A DNA stretch of 64,000 bases from Harriotta raleighana (Eukaryota): contig JBNZDD010013586.1 in the NCBI GenBank assembly GCA_050575255.1, positions 649,083 through 713,082 of the forward strand. The letters are read 5' to 3'. The notes beneath the pieces were generated by a model that did not search any database, was not told where the DNA came from, and was given only the letters and a program-made list of their open reading frames with translations. The translations under genes and the position numbers were made by a program. Shown piece by piece: positions 1 through 14,400 of the stretch (its first letter is position 1; each line of letters opens with the position of its first letter).

Positions 1-1107
1 AATGCGCAAATTAGCAAAACTAATTAGCAATGAGCAAAACTTAAAAAACACCAGCCCTCAGTTAAAAGAACGGCTTGCAGCACCCACCCGTCAAATTACT
101 TACTTGTTAGTCTTAAATACACAATGCAATCAGTTTCCAATTACATCGATTTAATTGAGTGATGTACACAGCTCACTGTTCCCTTCCTAATGAGTTTTGG
201 GTTAACCCAACAAGCACTGATGTTGCGTTGGATTGTATATCTGACCTGGGCACGACTGACCTTCGCTTTGGGGAAACCATGTGGAAGCGTTTGGATGAGA
301 AAGCGCTTGCTATTTACCAGCCTTGACAGCCATCACTTTGTTGAAAAACATTCACCTCTATCCCCCCCCCCCACCCCCCCGNAGGTTCCGACGCCCGAAT
401 TTTCCACAACTTGCATTTGGATTGCACCCTTTCCACACACGGTAACATCTCGGGATTGTTTGCGCGGTTACTGTGGGGGGTGCTCACTGGGTTAAAACAT
501 GAACTCTCTTCCGCTTGCTACAAGTATATTAAAGTACAGCACAGACAGGAGGCCAACATTAACATATCGGGAACAATGGAGGAAATGTCAAAACAGAGAT
601 TATGCCATTGTGGACTCGAGGATCATTAACATTTAAATGACTGATGTGGAGACTGGCTGAGAATGTCACTCGCTGCCTGAGGGATAGTTCTTGGGAGCAT
701 GCCTCCAAAGAGTGAAAAAGTTAAAAGAGTTTCCATTTCTCTTCAGATATCGGGTGAACAAATGCATCCTTTAATTCCACCCCTCCTTACCCCAGCTCCC
801 ACTCCACCAACCCCACCGCAGTCACGTGAAAGGTTTACACACTGCAATTCTGAGGGGAAGTGGCAGAGCCCAGAAATTGTCAGGCAACACACGGCATTTC
901 GGGTCTGAAGTAAATAATGCCCAAAGTTGGGACAGTACATGATAGTTCTTACTGTTCATCTGGGAGTTACTGATTACTTTTAATCAAACCACTGAAAGCA
1001 CATTCCGCGAGTGAAAACTTACAATTGCGCACGTATTAGGGCTGTCTGTTATACGCAGTTCTGTGGTGCACAGTGGATCCCAAATGACCATTTGAGAAAT
1101 AAATTGA

Positions 1108-1242
1108 TCATTTCAATCCACGACTGTTTTGTGGGACGCTGCTGTGCACAATTGCCTGCCGCGATTCGCCCCCAAATATACAGTCAATTCGCGTCTAGAA
1201 GACGTGAAAAGAGGTACATCAAATGCAAGGATTTACTATTAT
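1108..1242 (+). mobile_element. 5'-truncated SINE copy
   Basis: catttcaatccacgactg core and caaatgcaagga tail. Confidence 0.8.
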
Positions 1243-2230
1243 GATCAAGCTCTCTGGGACACTACCCCATGTGAAGGATGCTATATAAATGCAAGTTGTT
1301 GTGGCTGTGGTTGTCATTTCTCTTTCCACTCCCTCCTTCGTTAATGTTTTCGCCGCATTCGATTTCTCATCTCTCCATAATTTCTGGCAAGTGTCCACGG
1401 ACACTGAGTTGGACTCGGCGGCAAGAAATCCAGCCTCTGGATCAGTAACTGAAATATTGAGCGCTTTGAGGCATCGATAAGATGTGGAAAGCGCTATATA
1501 AATGGAAGGATTGTGATAATTGATTGTATTTATTCTTATTTATGACAGATTTTGGCTGCTACCTCCAAAAATAATCTGTGCGCCACTTAAGAGACGTTTC
1601 GTAGTAACAAAGCGTTAGCAGAACACGCAAGTTCTCGCTTTCTTTCTCAATAAACATAGCACGTTCAGCAGAAGTAATCACGCAGCTATTTGCGGAGGCA
1701 CAATTTCACCACGCTCAACCAGCTCACTTTCCGTGATCACACAGGAAACCTTGCAGATCTCACCCCAGCACCTCAGAAACGGGCAAGATGCCTCGAGAGG
1801 CTTGCAAATGTCTCTCCGAGCGTTCTGCGGTGCAATCACTGCAATTCCCCGATCAGCCAGAAGGAGGCACAAGTGTTGCGCAAAGAGTTGGGGGCAGGAA
1901 ACTGAGCGAAACTGTTAATTGCCCACTAATCACATACACCGACGTACTCAGTGGGTTCACGTGATCTGAATTATCACGCCGTTGATAAAGGCAACCAGTG
2001 TGGTCAGTCGATAAAAGTAGCTCATTGACAAACGTTACTCTCCGCAAATTCAATTTTGCGGAGGCTTATCTGCCAATGGGAATTGTCTATCCAGAAACTG
2101 TCTTGACGTTCGCTGTGTAGTTATCACTGTTGAGGCAGGTGAAATTGGAATTGGAAACTCCTATGCTTCTTTTAAAATGAATCAATATAAACCGCCAGAG
2201 AGATTCTGTTTCCGACGAATCTGAACCTAC

Positions 2231-2408
2231 CAGCCTCTTGTTTGCTCTCACTCATATGACCGAGTGCTTCAGATTGATCAGTCGATAGCTTCTCATGCAC
2301 GGATAGTTCGGAGAGAAGGCAAAGGCAATCCGTATTGCCTTCCGTTTGTGTTGCCTCTTCATCTGCATCCTCCACCGTCCGAAATATCCACTGACTGGAT
2401 CCTCTGTT
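2231..2408 (-). CDS. PREX1: PREX1 exon 21 (post-PDZ linker), [27 protein letters not shown]...ESKQEA; 3' boundary uncertain
   Basis: tgagcag| phase 0 acceptor; QWIF.T.EDA matches human QWIY.T.EDA; phase-1 donor gtaggt after 2231, alternative gtgaga after 2252. Confidence 0.8.
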
Positions 2409-5400
2409 CTGCTCAAAACACAAATTCCACAAGGATTCGAAAAGAGAAGAGTTTCTCTCTCTTTTCCCTCCTGCGCGCCCAACAATCCCCCAAATAAAAT
2501 TGGTCNAGAGAAGAGTTTCTCTCTCTTTTCCCTCCTGCGCGCCCAACAGTCCCCCAAATAAAATTGGTCACTCACTCCTCACTCAGTCTGTGGGACATGC
2601 GCAATCTGTCCATTCAAACCACTTTAACGTATATCCCGTGAAACGCTTTGAGATGTCTCGACGAGGTGGTAAGGCNAAGAGAAGAGTTTCTCTCTCTTTT
2701 CCCTCCTGCGCGCCCAACAATCCCCCAAATAAAATTGGTCACTCACTCCTCACTCAGTCTGTGGGACATGCGCAATCTGTCCATTCAAATCACTTTAACG
2801 TATATCCCGTGAAACGCTTTGAGATGTCTCGACTAGGTGGTAAGGTNATCCCGTGAAACGCTTTGAGATGTCTCGACGAGGTGGTAAGGCGCTTTGTCCA
2901 ATGCAAGTTATTCGTTATTCTAATCGTCCCCCTCCCCACAACGTTCCCCCACCCACCATCTCGCCCCCACAATCTTCATCTCCCCACCACCAATCTGGGT
3001 GCTCGTTACTCACCAATAGGTTTTTCCTGTTCGCACTGAAGTGCTCAAGCACTGCAGTGTAGTTCTCTTTGCTGACGTTGTTCCCGTTTACCTTGGAAAT
3101 ACACTGGCCAGGGAGAAGCCCAGCGACTGCAGCCCCCGACCCTGTAAAGATATCAGAACCTTAGTTGCAGCATCTCTCAAAACATTGCTTGCCTATAAAT
3201 AATCAAAAACATAAATCCAAGCTGTTGCTGCTGTTGATGTTGTTGTGACAGACTCTTGCTGCGAAGTTGTGCGCCCCTAAAACCCGCAATGTAACGATCC
3301 AGGAATCGACTTAAGTTGTAAACCAAAGTGAACGTATTGAAACGCGAGTCAGCGTTTGGTTGGGTGAGTACGCCCAAGCAAATCTACTCCTTGCACAGAA
3401 CCTTGACGCTAACTGCTGGGGGGGAAAGGTCCGTGTGAATACCATCCGAACCCCAAAGATTTCCAGCATAATGATTCCAACAAGCGTACAAATGTTTAAT
3501 GTGCAACACTGGGTCCCTGACAGCTTATAGCATTCCCCTTTCTTCCTCCCACCGTAATCTCGATGGCACAGAAGCAATCAAGTGCCATGAAATATCTGTC
3601 CATTTCAGACTCAGACTCTTCCTGTCCTTGTAGATATTCTACAGCTGATGTTTATTTAGCTGTCGTTAAACGCCACGCATTTTGTCCTCTCGTAAAATCT
3701 GCAGGAATGCTACACCTTATAATGTACAGGTCTTTCCCTCTCTTCCTGTCTGTATTTAGCATTTTAACCCTGATCGAGGGTCGATTTTGTGGAAGTAAAA
3801 TATCGTGACTTGTGAGAAATAGATGGGGATTAGACAAAAATGTACGGAACAAATAGGTTTGAGTCATTCGACCCAACAAATGCCAGTTTTATGCAGGAAA
3901 TGGAGTACTTTTCATTCACAGTGATCGCTGTAGAAAAAGAGAACTCTGGCTGTTTTGTGCTGGGATGGCATTTTGGAAATTGTATCTTGTGATTACTTTC
4001 TTGCTCAGCACATGTGAAGTCCTGAGGAGGCAAAGGAGGCCCGGCGACTTCGAACTCTAACCCATATCTTCTTCATGGTCCCATAATGGGTTTTGGTTGT
4101 GTTTCTGGGAGAGGGGTGAAAAGGAGGAGCGAACACGCATTTTTTGGGCAACAGATGCTTTAACTGAACCAAAAGAAGAAATACCACCTGCAAATGCAGA
4201 CTCGAATCAAAGAAATCAAACTCGAGGTCGCAAAGAAGATGCAAATTGTCTCAAAAGAATTGTTTTCGCCTAAAAAATGACGATCTTTGTATCCGAACTA
4301 GAGCCTGATCCCGTCTTCGAGACGTCTCAAAGCGCTTCACAGAATACTGTATACTGCAAAGCGAATTGACTGTGTACCTCGTTGGCGGAAATCTGCCGCA
4401 CCTTTTTCTCTTCACGAGCTTTATGTATTGAGTCACGATTCCAGGGGTACGGACAGCAGCTAAACAGAATCAATCATCTGCCTGTTTGGTTCTGTGACTT
4501 CACAGGCCATCAGAAATCAAGCCCATGGTGTAAGCTAATAGTTCCTGGAATTGCAGTGTTCACACATTTCTCGAATAAATAGCTCTTCCTGTGATTATTA
4601 CTCAATGTGACTTGTCAGCACGATTCGGGCCTCTTTTGCTTATTGAGGCTGCAATTCATTGCGCAAACGGTCTAAGAAGCACAACTAACGCTTGATAAGC
4701 TTCTTTAAAGATTTCTACAATATCACATTTTAGCAAACTCTTAACAGCATTGAACGAAACAACAACGGCATATTGTTGCCCTAAAACCACTCCACGTTTG
4801 GCACTGATTCAGTCCCATTTATGTGTCGTTAATTTGACTGACCCTCCAAGTGGTGATTACCACTTCGATGTCACTGACTGTAGAGCAGAACTCAGGATAC
4901 GCTTTCGAACACAAAAAGACGAAGCCTATATTTTTCTGAATGGTCTATTATGCACCATCACCCGAAAAAAGGGGGTTTAAATCACAATCGATTCAGTTGT
5001 ATTGCTGGTTCTTCAATAACCTAACAAAGAACTGTGGATGACACTGAGTCATGGAGCTGTGTGTGTATGTGTGTGTGNACACTGAGTCATGGAGCTGTGT
5101 GTGTGTGTGTGCTATGGGTCACAACAGTCTCTGTTTTGCTTGAACACGAGAGAGATTGTAGAGATTGAACATGAGAGATTCAAAACATGCATTACAATTT
5201 TAGTTTCCTGGGTTAAACCAATTGATCACCAGAAGTTACTCCATAGTTTTGCATAATACAGGGTAATATCACATTATAATGTCTAATCAATCTTAAAAGA
5301 AATGCTGAGATATACATATTTTTAGATAATAGGGGAGATATCACAACTGTTTGGTTCCCCCTGTAATACTGGCTATGGGAACGATATTGCATACAGAGCA

Positions 5401-8400
5401 TTAAGTTTTGCGGAGAACTGTAGTCTCTTTCAACAGGTTCAATTCCAGGCAGAGCAAAACCTTGGGCAAGTTTCCTTACTCCACACGCACACACACACAC
5501 ACACACACACAGACACACCACACACACGCCTAAAAATAATCCCTCAAAAAAAAACAATTTAAAAAACTGGTCATTTCAATCCACGACTGTTTGTGGGACA
5601 CCGCAGTGTGCAATTGGCTGCCGCGTTTCACCCACAAATTCATTCGACAGTATATTCTGTGAAGTCCTTTGAGACGTCCAGTGGACGTGAATAGCGCTAT
5701 ATCAAAGTGCAAAGAATCATTGCGCGGAGAGAATTTGAACTCAGTGCGTGTAAAAATCATCACCCTGAGAACTTCTGGATACAGTTGCTCCCAGACCAAT
5801 GTCAAAAACTACCTTTGGCATCTCGCCAATTAACATGGCGGCGAGGTGAAGTCATTCCCGGGACATATCAACAATACTTCCATGCATTTTCCAATTAACG
5901 CAAAAAGAGACAAGTTGCTCACAGAAATAAACCACAATTCCACCTCCCCCCCCACGCCCCCCACCAAAAAATACTCTTGAATAACTTTCCCATTAGAAAT
6001 CGAGAAGACAGACTGACTTATCAAGATTCAAACATAATATTTTGTCTATTGAGAGATCCAACAGTTTGCATCCTCCGGTCAATTTATACGTGTTAAAATG
6101 CTTGAAGGTGTGATAAGGAGTTATATCAAATGAAAGATTATTATGATTACACTGTAGTTATTACTGGGTCTTTATCTCAATGCAGAGACCGCAGTGTCTG
6201 CTGGAGGGAACTGTGGGAGGGTGCTGGCTGCCTTGTTTTCCCACACTGGGTTGCTTTCAGAAGCCAGTAAACAAGCTCCACGAGGCTTAATAATCACAAT
6301 AAGAAGAAGAAGAAGAAACCTTGCATTTGATGTAGCCCCTTATCACGTCTTGGGAGATGTCTCAAAACGCTTCACAGAGTCTACACCGTAAAAGTGAATT
6401 GACAATGCGTTCTGTGGACGGAATCCAAATCGCAGACAAAAGGAAGAAATTCAAACACCGAATAAGTCTGGTGAGGAGTTCTTTGCTCTCGTACTCCTCA
6501 TTGTGTGACACCCACCCCCTCACCACCACCAAATCTAGCGCCTGTTCCGCCGAGTGCATCAAGTCTGGTGAGGAGTTCTTTGCTCTCGTACTCCTCATTG
6601 TGTGACACCCACCCCCTCACCACCACCAAATCTAGCGCCTGTTCCGCCGAGTGCATCGTGTTACAGATCAAATCGGTGTTGTTATTATTGAAACAAGTGA
6701 CCTTAAAATACAACTCCGCTGGAATTTAAAAGGAATGGGGCCGTTTGTTGTGACTGCCGCTGCATCCCAGACCTGCGTGGGGGCTAGTTACGACTTGCTT
6801 TCGAAAAAAAGAGAGAGAAAAAAACACGTATATCTTTAATTACCTTACTTTGAGAACCGCACTTTTGACGTAATTACAGTCATCGTGACTTTTAAATGGC
6901 AGAGAGAGGTACGGCGACCTACAATTTCACCCTCTTTGAACCCAAATAAGCTTGAACTCGTGTGGAAACGCTGTAATTGCAAGCAGGTGAGTGAGGGGAC
7001 ATTTCTGGATTGCATCTCAGTCAGTGAGAGGTGCCTGTGTCTTGGTGGAGCTGGCCTGATGGGCCACACGAGGAAGAGGTTTCAGACATCCTGGAAATGT
7101 TTACTCGTGACTGCAACATTTTGGAGCGTTTACTCTGTTTCTGATGAACTGAGCTCTCAAACCGCAAACCCTCCCCCGAAGGAATATTGTCCTCTGGCTT
7201 TTGATATAGCGGCCTTTACAGCCCCGAGCCTTGCAGAAGTGACTGTACGCACACTAACTAACTTACATTTCGTTCACAAAACACACCAGTCAATCCACTT
7301 CGCATTATGTTTGTTGAAGCGTTTCGAGACATCTGGACGACTCGGCAATGATGCTTTACCAACTGCAAATATTGTCAATTGTAGGGATTCCTTTTTTTTC
7401 CTCTAGATTATTACTGCAACCCTGCTACCTTGTGATAATAAATAAGCGTGTCCTGTAACACCTCCGTACGTCTGTGAGAAAAATAAACGAAACAAACGCA
7501 AGAAAGGCCGAGCGAACGTGTCAAAGCTTCGGGTGGGGACAAATGCCCGATAGGGGCACCTTACCTTTCAGAACCGCGTGAACATAGGGCGGAGCAGTCC
7601 CACGGATCTGGAAGCTCAGCCCTTCTGATGAGTCGGGAATCTTGATTATCCTGCATTAAAAACACACACACCATAAACATTGCACAGCTGCGCTCAGCTT
7701 TCTGCTCGCTGGAAGCAGGCGTTTGTGGCACATTCCCAAAACCTCGCCATAACCCTGGGTATGCACAGTCATCTCAAGGCCAAACCCTCCGTGTTTACAA
7801 ACGCCAGGAATCAGCCGTCCCGTTCAGCAACCCTGAGGAAACCAAAACAAAACTTTGCAGGGTGATATAAACCAGAGGATCTGGGCTATAAACAGCAACT
7901 CGTTATGAATGCAGAATCAGAAGGCTTTTGGTGGGATGGATTTCACACAAACTTGGAAGTCACATTAGTTGGGGACTGTGCGTTCAGTGCACTGAAGCTC
8001 CCGTCTCGTTTTAAATAATACCACAGGAACATGCCCACCTGTATAGGCCTAGGAGCTCAGTTTAAAGTCTCAGAGAGAGGAAGGCTGATAATGACAATGC
8101 AGCAATCCCCTTTTACCACTCAAGCAATACGTGGTGTATCTCACTTAATTTGCTCTTCACGCAAACCCATCTGCGTGTAAATTAATCCGTTCACAATTGT
8201 GATTGCGTTGTATTTTTTTAAAAATAAAAATAAAACAATCAAAACGCGTTTAGGCAGAGGATTTTTCCACTCATTTTCAACAATTTTCAGGAAGTCTGCC
8301 TTGACCAGGGCCCAAACGGACTGCCAGAAAGGTTTGGATCAAGTTGATCAACCCAGAGCATTGTGAACTTTGTCACACGATCATGCGAGTACAAGCAGAA

Positions 8401-11400
8401 GTTTGTGAGACAGTTCCCTGCTCCAAATAATCTTAATGGCGTACGCTAATTGTTGCCTCATGGCCACTGCTCATTTCAGGCACTCAACTTTCTTTTGCGT
8501 CTTGATTATTTTGGCTGGCTCGAAAAGGCCTCTGCAATCCCTGGATTCCTTACAAGTCGATGCGGTCTGATGGCGGAGTCAGATCTGGCTGTCCTACAGG
8601 GCGAGTTCTTGGTGGGCGTAACATTCTCCGTGTTTATCAGCACTTTGGTAGCGTATAAAAGGGTTTGATTGTGCGGTTTCCTCTTCGCTGGTTAGAAAGG
8701 GATTCCTATGCTACTGTTTCTCATTAAAACCGGTGTTTTTCAATACACAATCCGAGTTCGAGGACCTCGACCCTTTTTTGTTTGTTAAAACGCTGCGTCA
8801 CGGTTCCATTATTCCACCGGTTTCCTTCAGAAAACGGGTTGGAAATATTTTCGATGCGTGGAGACTCTAGAGTTCACAACACACCATAACCTAATTGGCA
8901 CTCACCCCAGCTACAGTTGTACTGGACTAATGGCAGGAATTCAACCCTCCTCAAAAAAATTCTGACCCTCTTGATCCAACGGTTGAGGCCCGGAGCAAAA
9001 ACGGCTGCATTGGGTTTCGCTCTTAATTTACATTTCACTCACGGTTAGTCCATAACCATATCTATGCAGCAGTCATTTCATGAGTTACCAGGACAGCCCC
9101 TGCATGTGACATAAATAATGTCCCATGGTTTCTTCATGATGTTCCAGCCAACAAATCGCCAACAAATCACTACTGTGGGAGTGTAATTCTCTTCAGAATT
9201 CCCGGCATCTTGCCACGCATGGGAATGCAAGCAACAGTGTCATGCGAGAGTCACATATTCAACAGCCCAGAGACACGATGAATTGTGGTTTACGATACAT
9301 GCCTTAGGAACGCTCGGTTTCACACTGAGGCTGAGCGAACCAATCAAGCTGTTACAAATTGGGCAATGGGGGGGAATGAGCATTGAGTCGTCGTTCCCCC
9401 CAATAGATGTGGAATCACATCTATTTAAGTTAGATTTAACTAGGAATACAAACCACGTGATCGAGTGAGTGTTTTCACTCAAAGGGGGTGAATGAACTGG
9501 ACTGCCTGCAGCACTAAATTATTGGCTTCACTCCAGGGAAAAGCATATTGAATGAGGAACAGTGGGAATGTTATAGCAGTCTAATTGAGCTGGTCTGTGT
9601 TAATAGTAATAATAATCCTTGCATTTGATGGAGCGCTTTTTCTAGACCTCTCAAAGCGCTTCACAGAATTTCCTGTAAAGTGAAGTGACTGTATATTTGT
9701 GGGCGAAACGCGGCAGCTAATTGCGCACAGCAGCGTCCCCCACAGACAGCCGTGGATTGAAATGACCAATTTTTTAAATTGTTTTTCTTTTTGAGGGATT
9801 ATTATTAGGCATGTGTGTGTGGAGTAAGGAAACTTGCCCATGGTTTCGCCCTGACTGACCCGGATTCGAGCCCAGGTCTCACGCTTGTAAAGCGAGTGCT
9901 CTAACCACTGAGTTACCAGGACTGCATACATGGTTCAGGAATATTGTAGCAAGGGGCAGTGCATTTGGGAGCACGACTGACCTACAAAGCAGTCGGCGAA
10001 AAGATACCCAATTCTTGTTTACTCGGGAGGACAAAGGGATTGGGAAAGATTGAGGATGGATTAAGTAGCTGTGTTGATTCATTTTCAAACAATCCACAAT
10101 TCCTTTTGAAACAGATACCGCATGACTAAGCAACAACTGATGTTCAGAAATATTTGTCTAGTTGTATTTGATCACGAGAGGAGGGTGAGCGAATCTGACT
10201 CACTCTTTGGGTTTGGTCGCGACCAGAACTCTCAGCGACCTCCGGCTGCAATGAAACTGGTTCAAAATAACCTCCACTTCCACGAACGGGCGGAGGAAAA
10301 CCAGGTCCTCGTTGATGGAGTAGATCTTCCTTCCTACCTGAAGACCTGCAACCTAGAAATAACAGCAGACGTCAAGTCCTTTGTAAAACAAGTCAATTTG
10401 AGTGACTGACCCGATTCCGCGTGGTTCACTTCCCCGACAAAACAGTCAGAAATTTGTGGGTTTTGTTTAAATCAATCCAGATTTTAAGCGCAATAAGGGA
10501 ACGAGTCGCGTGTGACTCACACCAAGGCAAACTGAGCAGATGTACAAAGTAAACAAGGCCCCCGTCTCCAACTCAACTATTTTAATAATGCCTGTGCTGA
10601 TGCCTCAATGTGGAAAAATCTGTCCAGCAAACATGTACTTTTAATTAAATTTGCTTCCTTTCTTCTGTTCTCGAATGAGCCAATAGCCTAGCTTTCATCA
10701 GGCACATTCTGCTCAGCTTGTACACAACAACCGGGTGGCATGATAATGCAGTTGAGCCACTGTGACCGGCATCCTTAAGTGATCCGTCGTTTACTATCAA
10801 GCAGGCAATCTGTGCGCTTAGCATTCCAGTCTCCTGCTAACAATACCCGAAACTTTCTCCATTGCACTTTCGACAACAGGCCAGGCACTTCAATAATCCT
10901 TAACGTCTCTCGCAAAGTTATTTTTAAGGAGAAAAAAAACATTCATTAGCAAAGGCACCTGCACTCCTACACAGAGAGTGTGTTTTTTTTTGCTACTTCA
11001 CACAGACGCTGGACTATCCACTATGTTAAATGCAATGGTGCTTCACAGAGAGGGCTCTGTGAGAGCTTTCAATGGGAATCTCAATCAAACAGGCTAATCC
11101 CAGGAAATACAAGTTCCAATGACGCATTCTTGTCACACACAGAGAGCGATTGGGAACGTCTCAGGTGTGTGTCCGTGAGGCTGGCGAACAGCGATAACAA
11201 CACCCCCCCCCCTGTCTTCCGTTACCACCACAAACCATTCTCGAAATACAAGTGCGCTACTTCCTGAGCAAGGTACTGTCTGCTGCAAGGAGAACTTTAC
11301 GTTCCTCAAACCTTCTGAGAAGCCAACCGCCAAGTTAACTGGGAGTTAGCAAAACGCCATTTGAAATAAATACGCTTTGGGCCATCGGCAGAATCAAACC

Positions 11401-14400
11401 TCCTGCAGTTTGTAATGTAACGTTAAAAAAGGTCCTACTTCGGGATAGCTGAACGTACAGAGTTGTGACCGCAGTTCTTCATTCATGGAATGATCTGGAA
11501 CTGAGCTGTGAAAAATGTCTCTGAACGCCACGTGAGAAAATGAAAAGTTGCGCGTTAGAAATTACTGCAGGCCTGCAAACTGATTCCCAACAGGCTTCCA
11601 TCCAGTCTCCTGCAATATATCTCTGCCATTAGCTACAGGCTGTTCACACCAGGTAAGTGTGAATGACAGGTAATTTTCATGGCCTTGGTGTGTAGGATTG
11701 TACCATGAAACTAGTGGGCTTTCAGGTGCGACATTGTTAGTCAGATGAATTGAGCAACTTCACGACTTTTTGTTGGAGCACATCCGAATTGCAGAAGGTT
11801 TCAGGGGGAAGTTCACACAGAACTGGCTGTCTCGGATGCACTCAAGAGGTTGCTGCAGGAATGAGGATCCGGTCTGCGCAACTCCAACTCCCAATATCAA
11901 GTGCGTACCCGCATCATATCACATCAAGGGTAAAAACAAAATGGAAAAACAGCACCTAAGTCTTTAAAACATCCGGCAGTTGGTAAAAAAAAATGTGTAT
12001 TTCTGTGCATTAGATGTAGAAACACAGGTATCGGGACCTTGGGAATTAGCTTTCTACCAGAGAAATGGCTGAAAACTGAAAGATCCACTGCTTTCAAGAG
12101 TCACTGGACCCTGCCAACAACAACTTGTATTTATTTAGCGCCCTTTGCACAGGCTAGGAGGCTGCAGAGCTTAAAGCTCCTGATTTAAAACTGGACAATG
12201 TTCTGCTCTTTAACTGTAAAATGCTTTTGAGTGATGAAGGCACTCAAAGTGCATTAGCGCATTCAATCCAGAAAATAGGATCTCTGAAAGCTTGTCTAAT
12301 ANAATTCCGCCATCGCTTTGAGACGGGCCCCCACCCCCCCCCCCCCCCCCCCCCCCCAACCCAGCCAAGGTGTGCAAGCCAATATCATAACAATTCTCTT
12401 CACCCGTGGACAGAAACCCAGAGGCATCTGGAACTCTTCTGTTCAACTATCAAATGTATGGAATTTGTTTTTGTTGCACACAGTGAACTACGTGGAGAAT
12501 TTACCTCAGCATAAGAGCCACTTTGTACAGATTTCACCACAATAGCTTTGTTTTTTTCCTCAATCTCAAATCCATATCCTTCGTCTTCAGGCAGAATCTA
12601 AGGGAAGAGAAATTAGAAACAAGAAGGAAACAATGGGTTGACTTTCTCAGCATGTACGTCAAATAAAATACCCCAAATACATCCTGTGGGTTGTTGTTCA
12701 AACCATGTCCCCGGTGTGTTTCGCACACTCTGGTCTACATCACTTCTCAAATTAAACCTAGGCAAGATAAATTGGGGATGTGGGGAATAAATGCCTAATT
12801 TATGACTCAAAGGGACTCCAACCTGATTCAACAGCAAAAAAAAAACCTTCATCAAAAGTTAGGAGATTGTTAGCCGATTGGCGGATCACTTTTCAGGCGT
12901 AATAACTGCTTAAACAAAAAACACTGTAATAAATTGGACACTTCAATCCGCGACTGTTTGAAGGACACAGCTGTGTGCAATTGGCCATCGCGTTTCGTCC
13001 ACAAAATAGTCAATTTACTTTGCAGTATATTCCGTGAAGGCATCTTCATAGTGATAAGTGATACACATAGTGATAAGGTATTATATGAAATACAAGTAAT
13101 ATTATTATTATTATTATCATCAGTGCAAAGATAACATGACATTGATTCAGAGAGCAACAAGCAACTTGCTTCACAAGTACAAGTTGGAGCTTGTGCAAGC
13201 CTGGTAAAATGGTTTCCTGATGTGTTTCACCACTGACACACGACCAAACGTTGAGACGTGGGTCGTGCTGTGAAAATGACAGCAGTTCCACGTTGATGGC
13301 CTCTCGGGCGGATGCGGAGAATGTGTTGCTCTTCAATCTTCAGTCCTCGGCAGCACTTTCATCCAAGGGACCAGTGAACCAATAACCCCAAACACTTCAG
13401 AGTTCATAAGATAAACCCGTTGGGCTGTGATTAGCAAGGTGGAGTAATGCGCACAGACACTTCTGAACCCTGGGGTCAAAGGTTCACCGCGAGAGCTCTC
13501 AACCACAGGCAATTTTCAATCTATGCTACACCAGAGCGAGTGCTTCACTAATTTTCTTCCACAGATCAATCATCGCGAGCGAGCGAGCAAGCAAGCGAGC
13601 CAGACAAATGGGAATAAGCTTGTGTCTCGATTCACTATCAGCTGAATAAGAGCACAAACTCAACCAACATTTCACCTTCCAGTGTTCCAGAACCGACATT
13701 TCTAGGTGAAAGGTCAAGTGCAAACATATTTTCTTTTCTTAAATAACACATAGAAACCTCGCTAGCAGGCAAGTACTGTACATAGATTTAGAAAGAAAAA
13801 AATAACCTGATTCATAGCTTGTATTTTCGAGGTAGAGATAGCTATTTATTTTATATTAAGAGGAGTCAATCACTCCTGAGGCATGAGCCCTCACCTAAAG
13901 AGATACGCAATCGCAGCACCTATAACAGATTGAGAAAAAGATCAGGTGGGGCAAGAAAGAGGGGATCGATTCTCGTTCAGCACAAAGCTCACTCTCAAAC
14001 TTTATCGCAAGACATTCAGAATTGATGCAAATGACAAGTTACACAATGACCTCAAAGCACAACAGCGGCGAGTCAGAACTAGAACGTGATGTTCTGGGAC
14101 ATGTTTCATCACTCGGAAATAAAAACCCGTTACATTTTCAACAGCTATCAGCTATCAGCTGGCTGAGAGAACAACGCTGCTCTCATTCACTGACTGTCCA
14201 ATCTGTTCTGTGGATGGAGAGATAAATTCATTCAACGTTTGTTCTCATCACTCAGACCAAACAACTGACAAAAGATTCTTTAATCAGACTTTAAACAGGG
14301 TAAAATAAAATAGAATGGATAATAATAATAATAATAATCCTTGCGTTTGACACAGCGCCTTATCAAGTCTTCAAGACGTCTCAAAGCGCTTCAAAGAATA

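Noticed and set aside
1-2230. PREX1 exon 22 (VHLEHGVVYEY motif)
   Set aside because: Not found by eye on the minus strand; it probably lies outside the window.
2441-2890. CRISPR-like or biological repeat array
   Set aside because: The units are overlapping copies separated by single n's with no unique spacers, in a eukaryotic intron.
11571-11658. Plus-strand cryptic exon ending CAG|gtaagt
   Set aside because: A consensus donor is expected by chance in 64 kb, the acceptor tract is weak and no partner exons were found.
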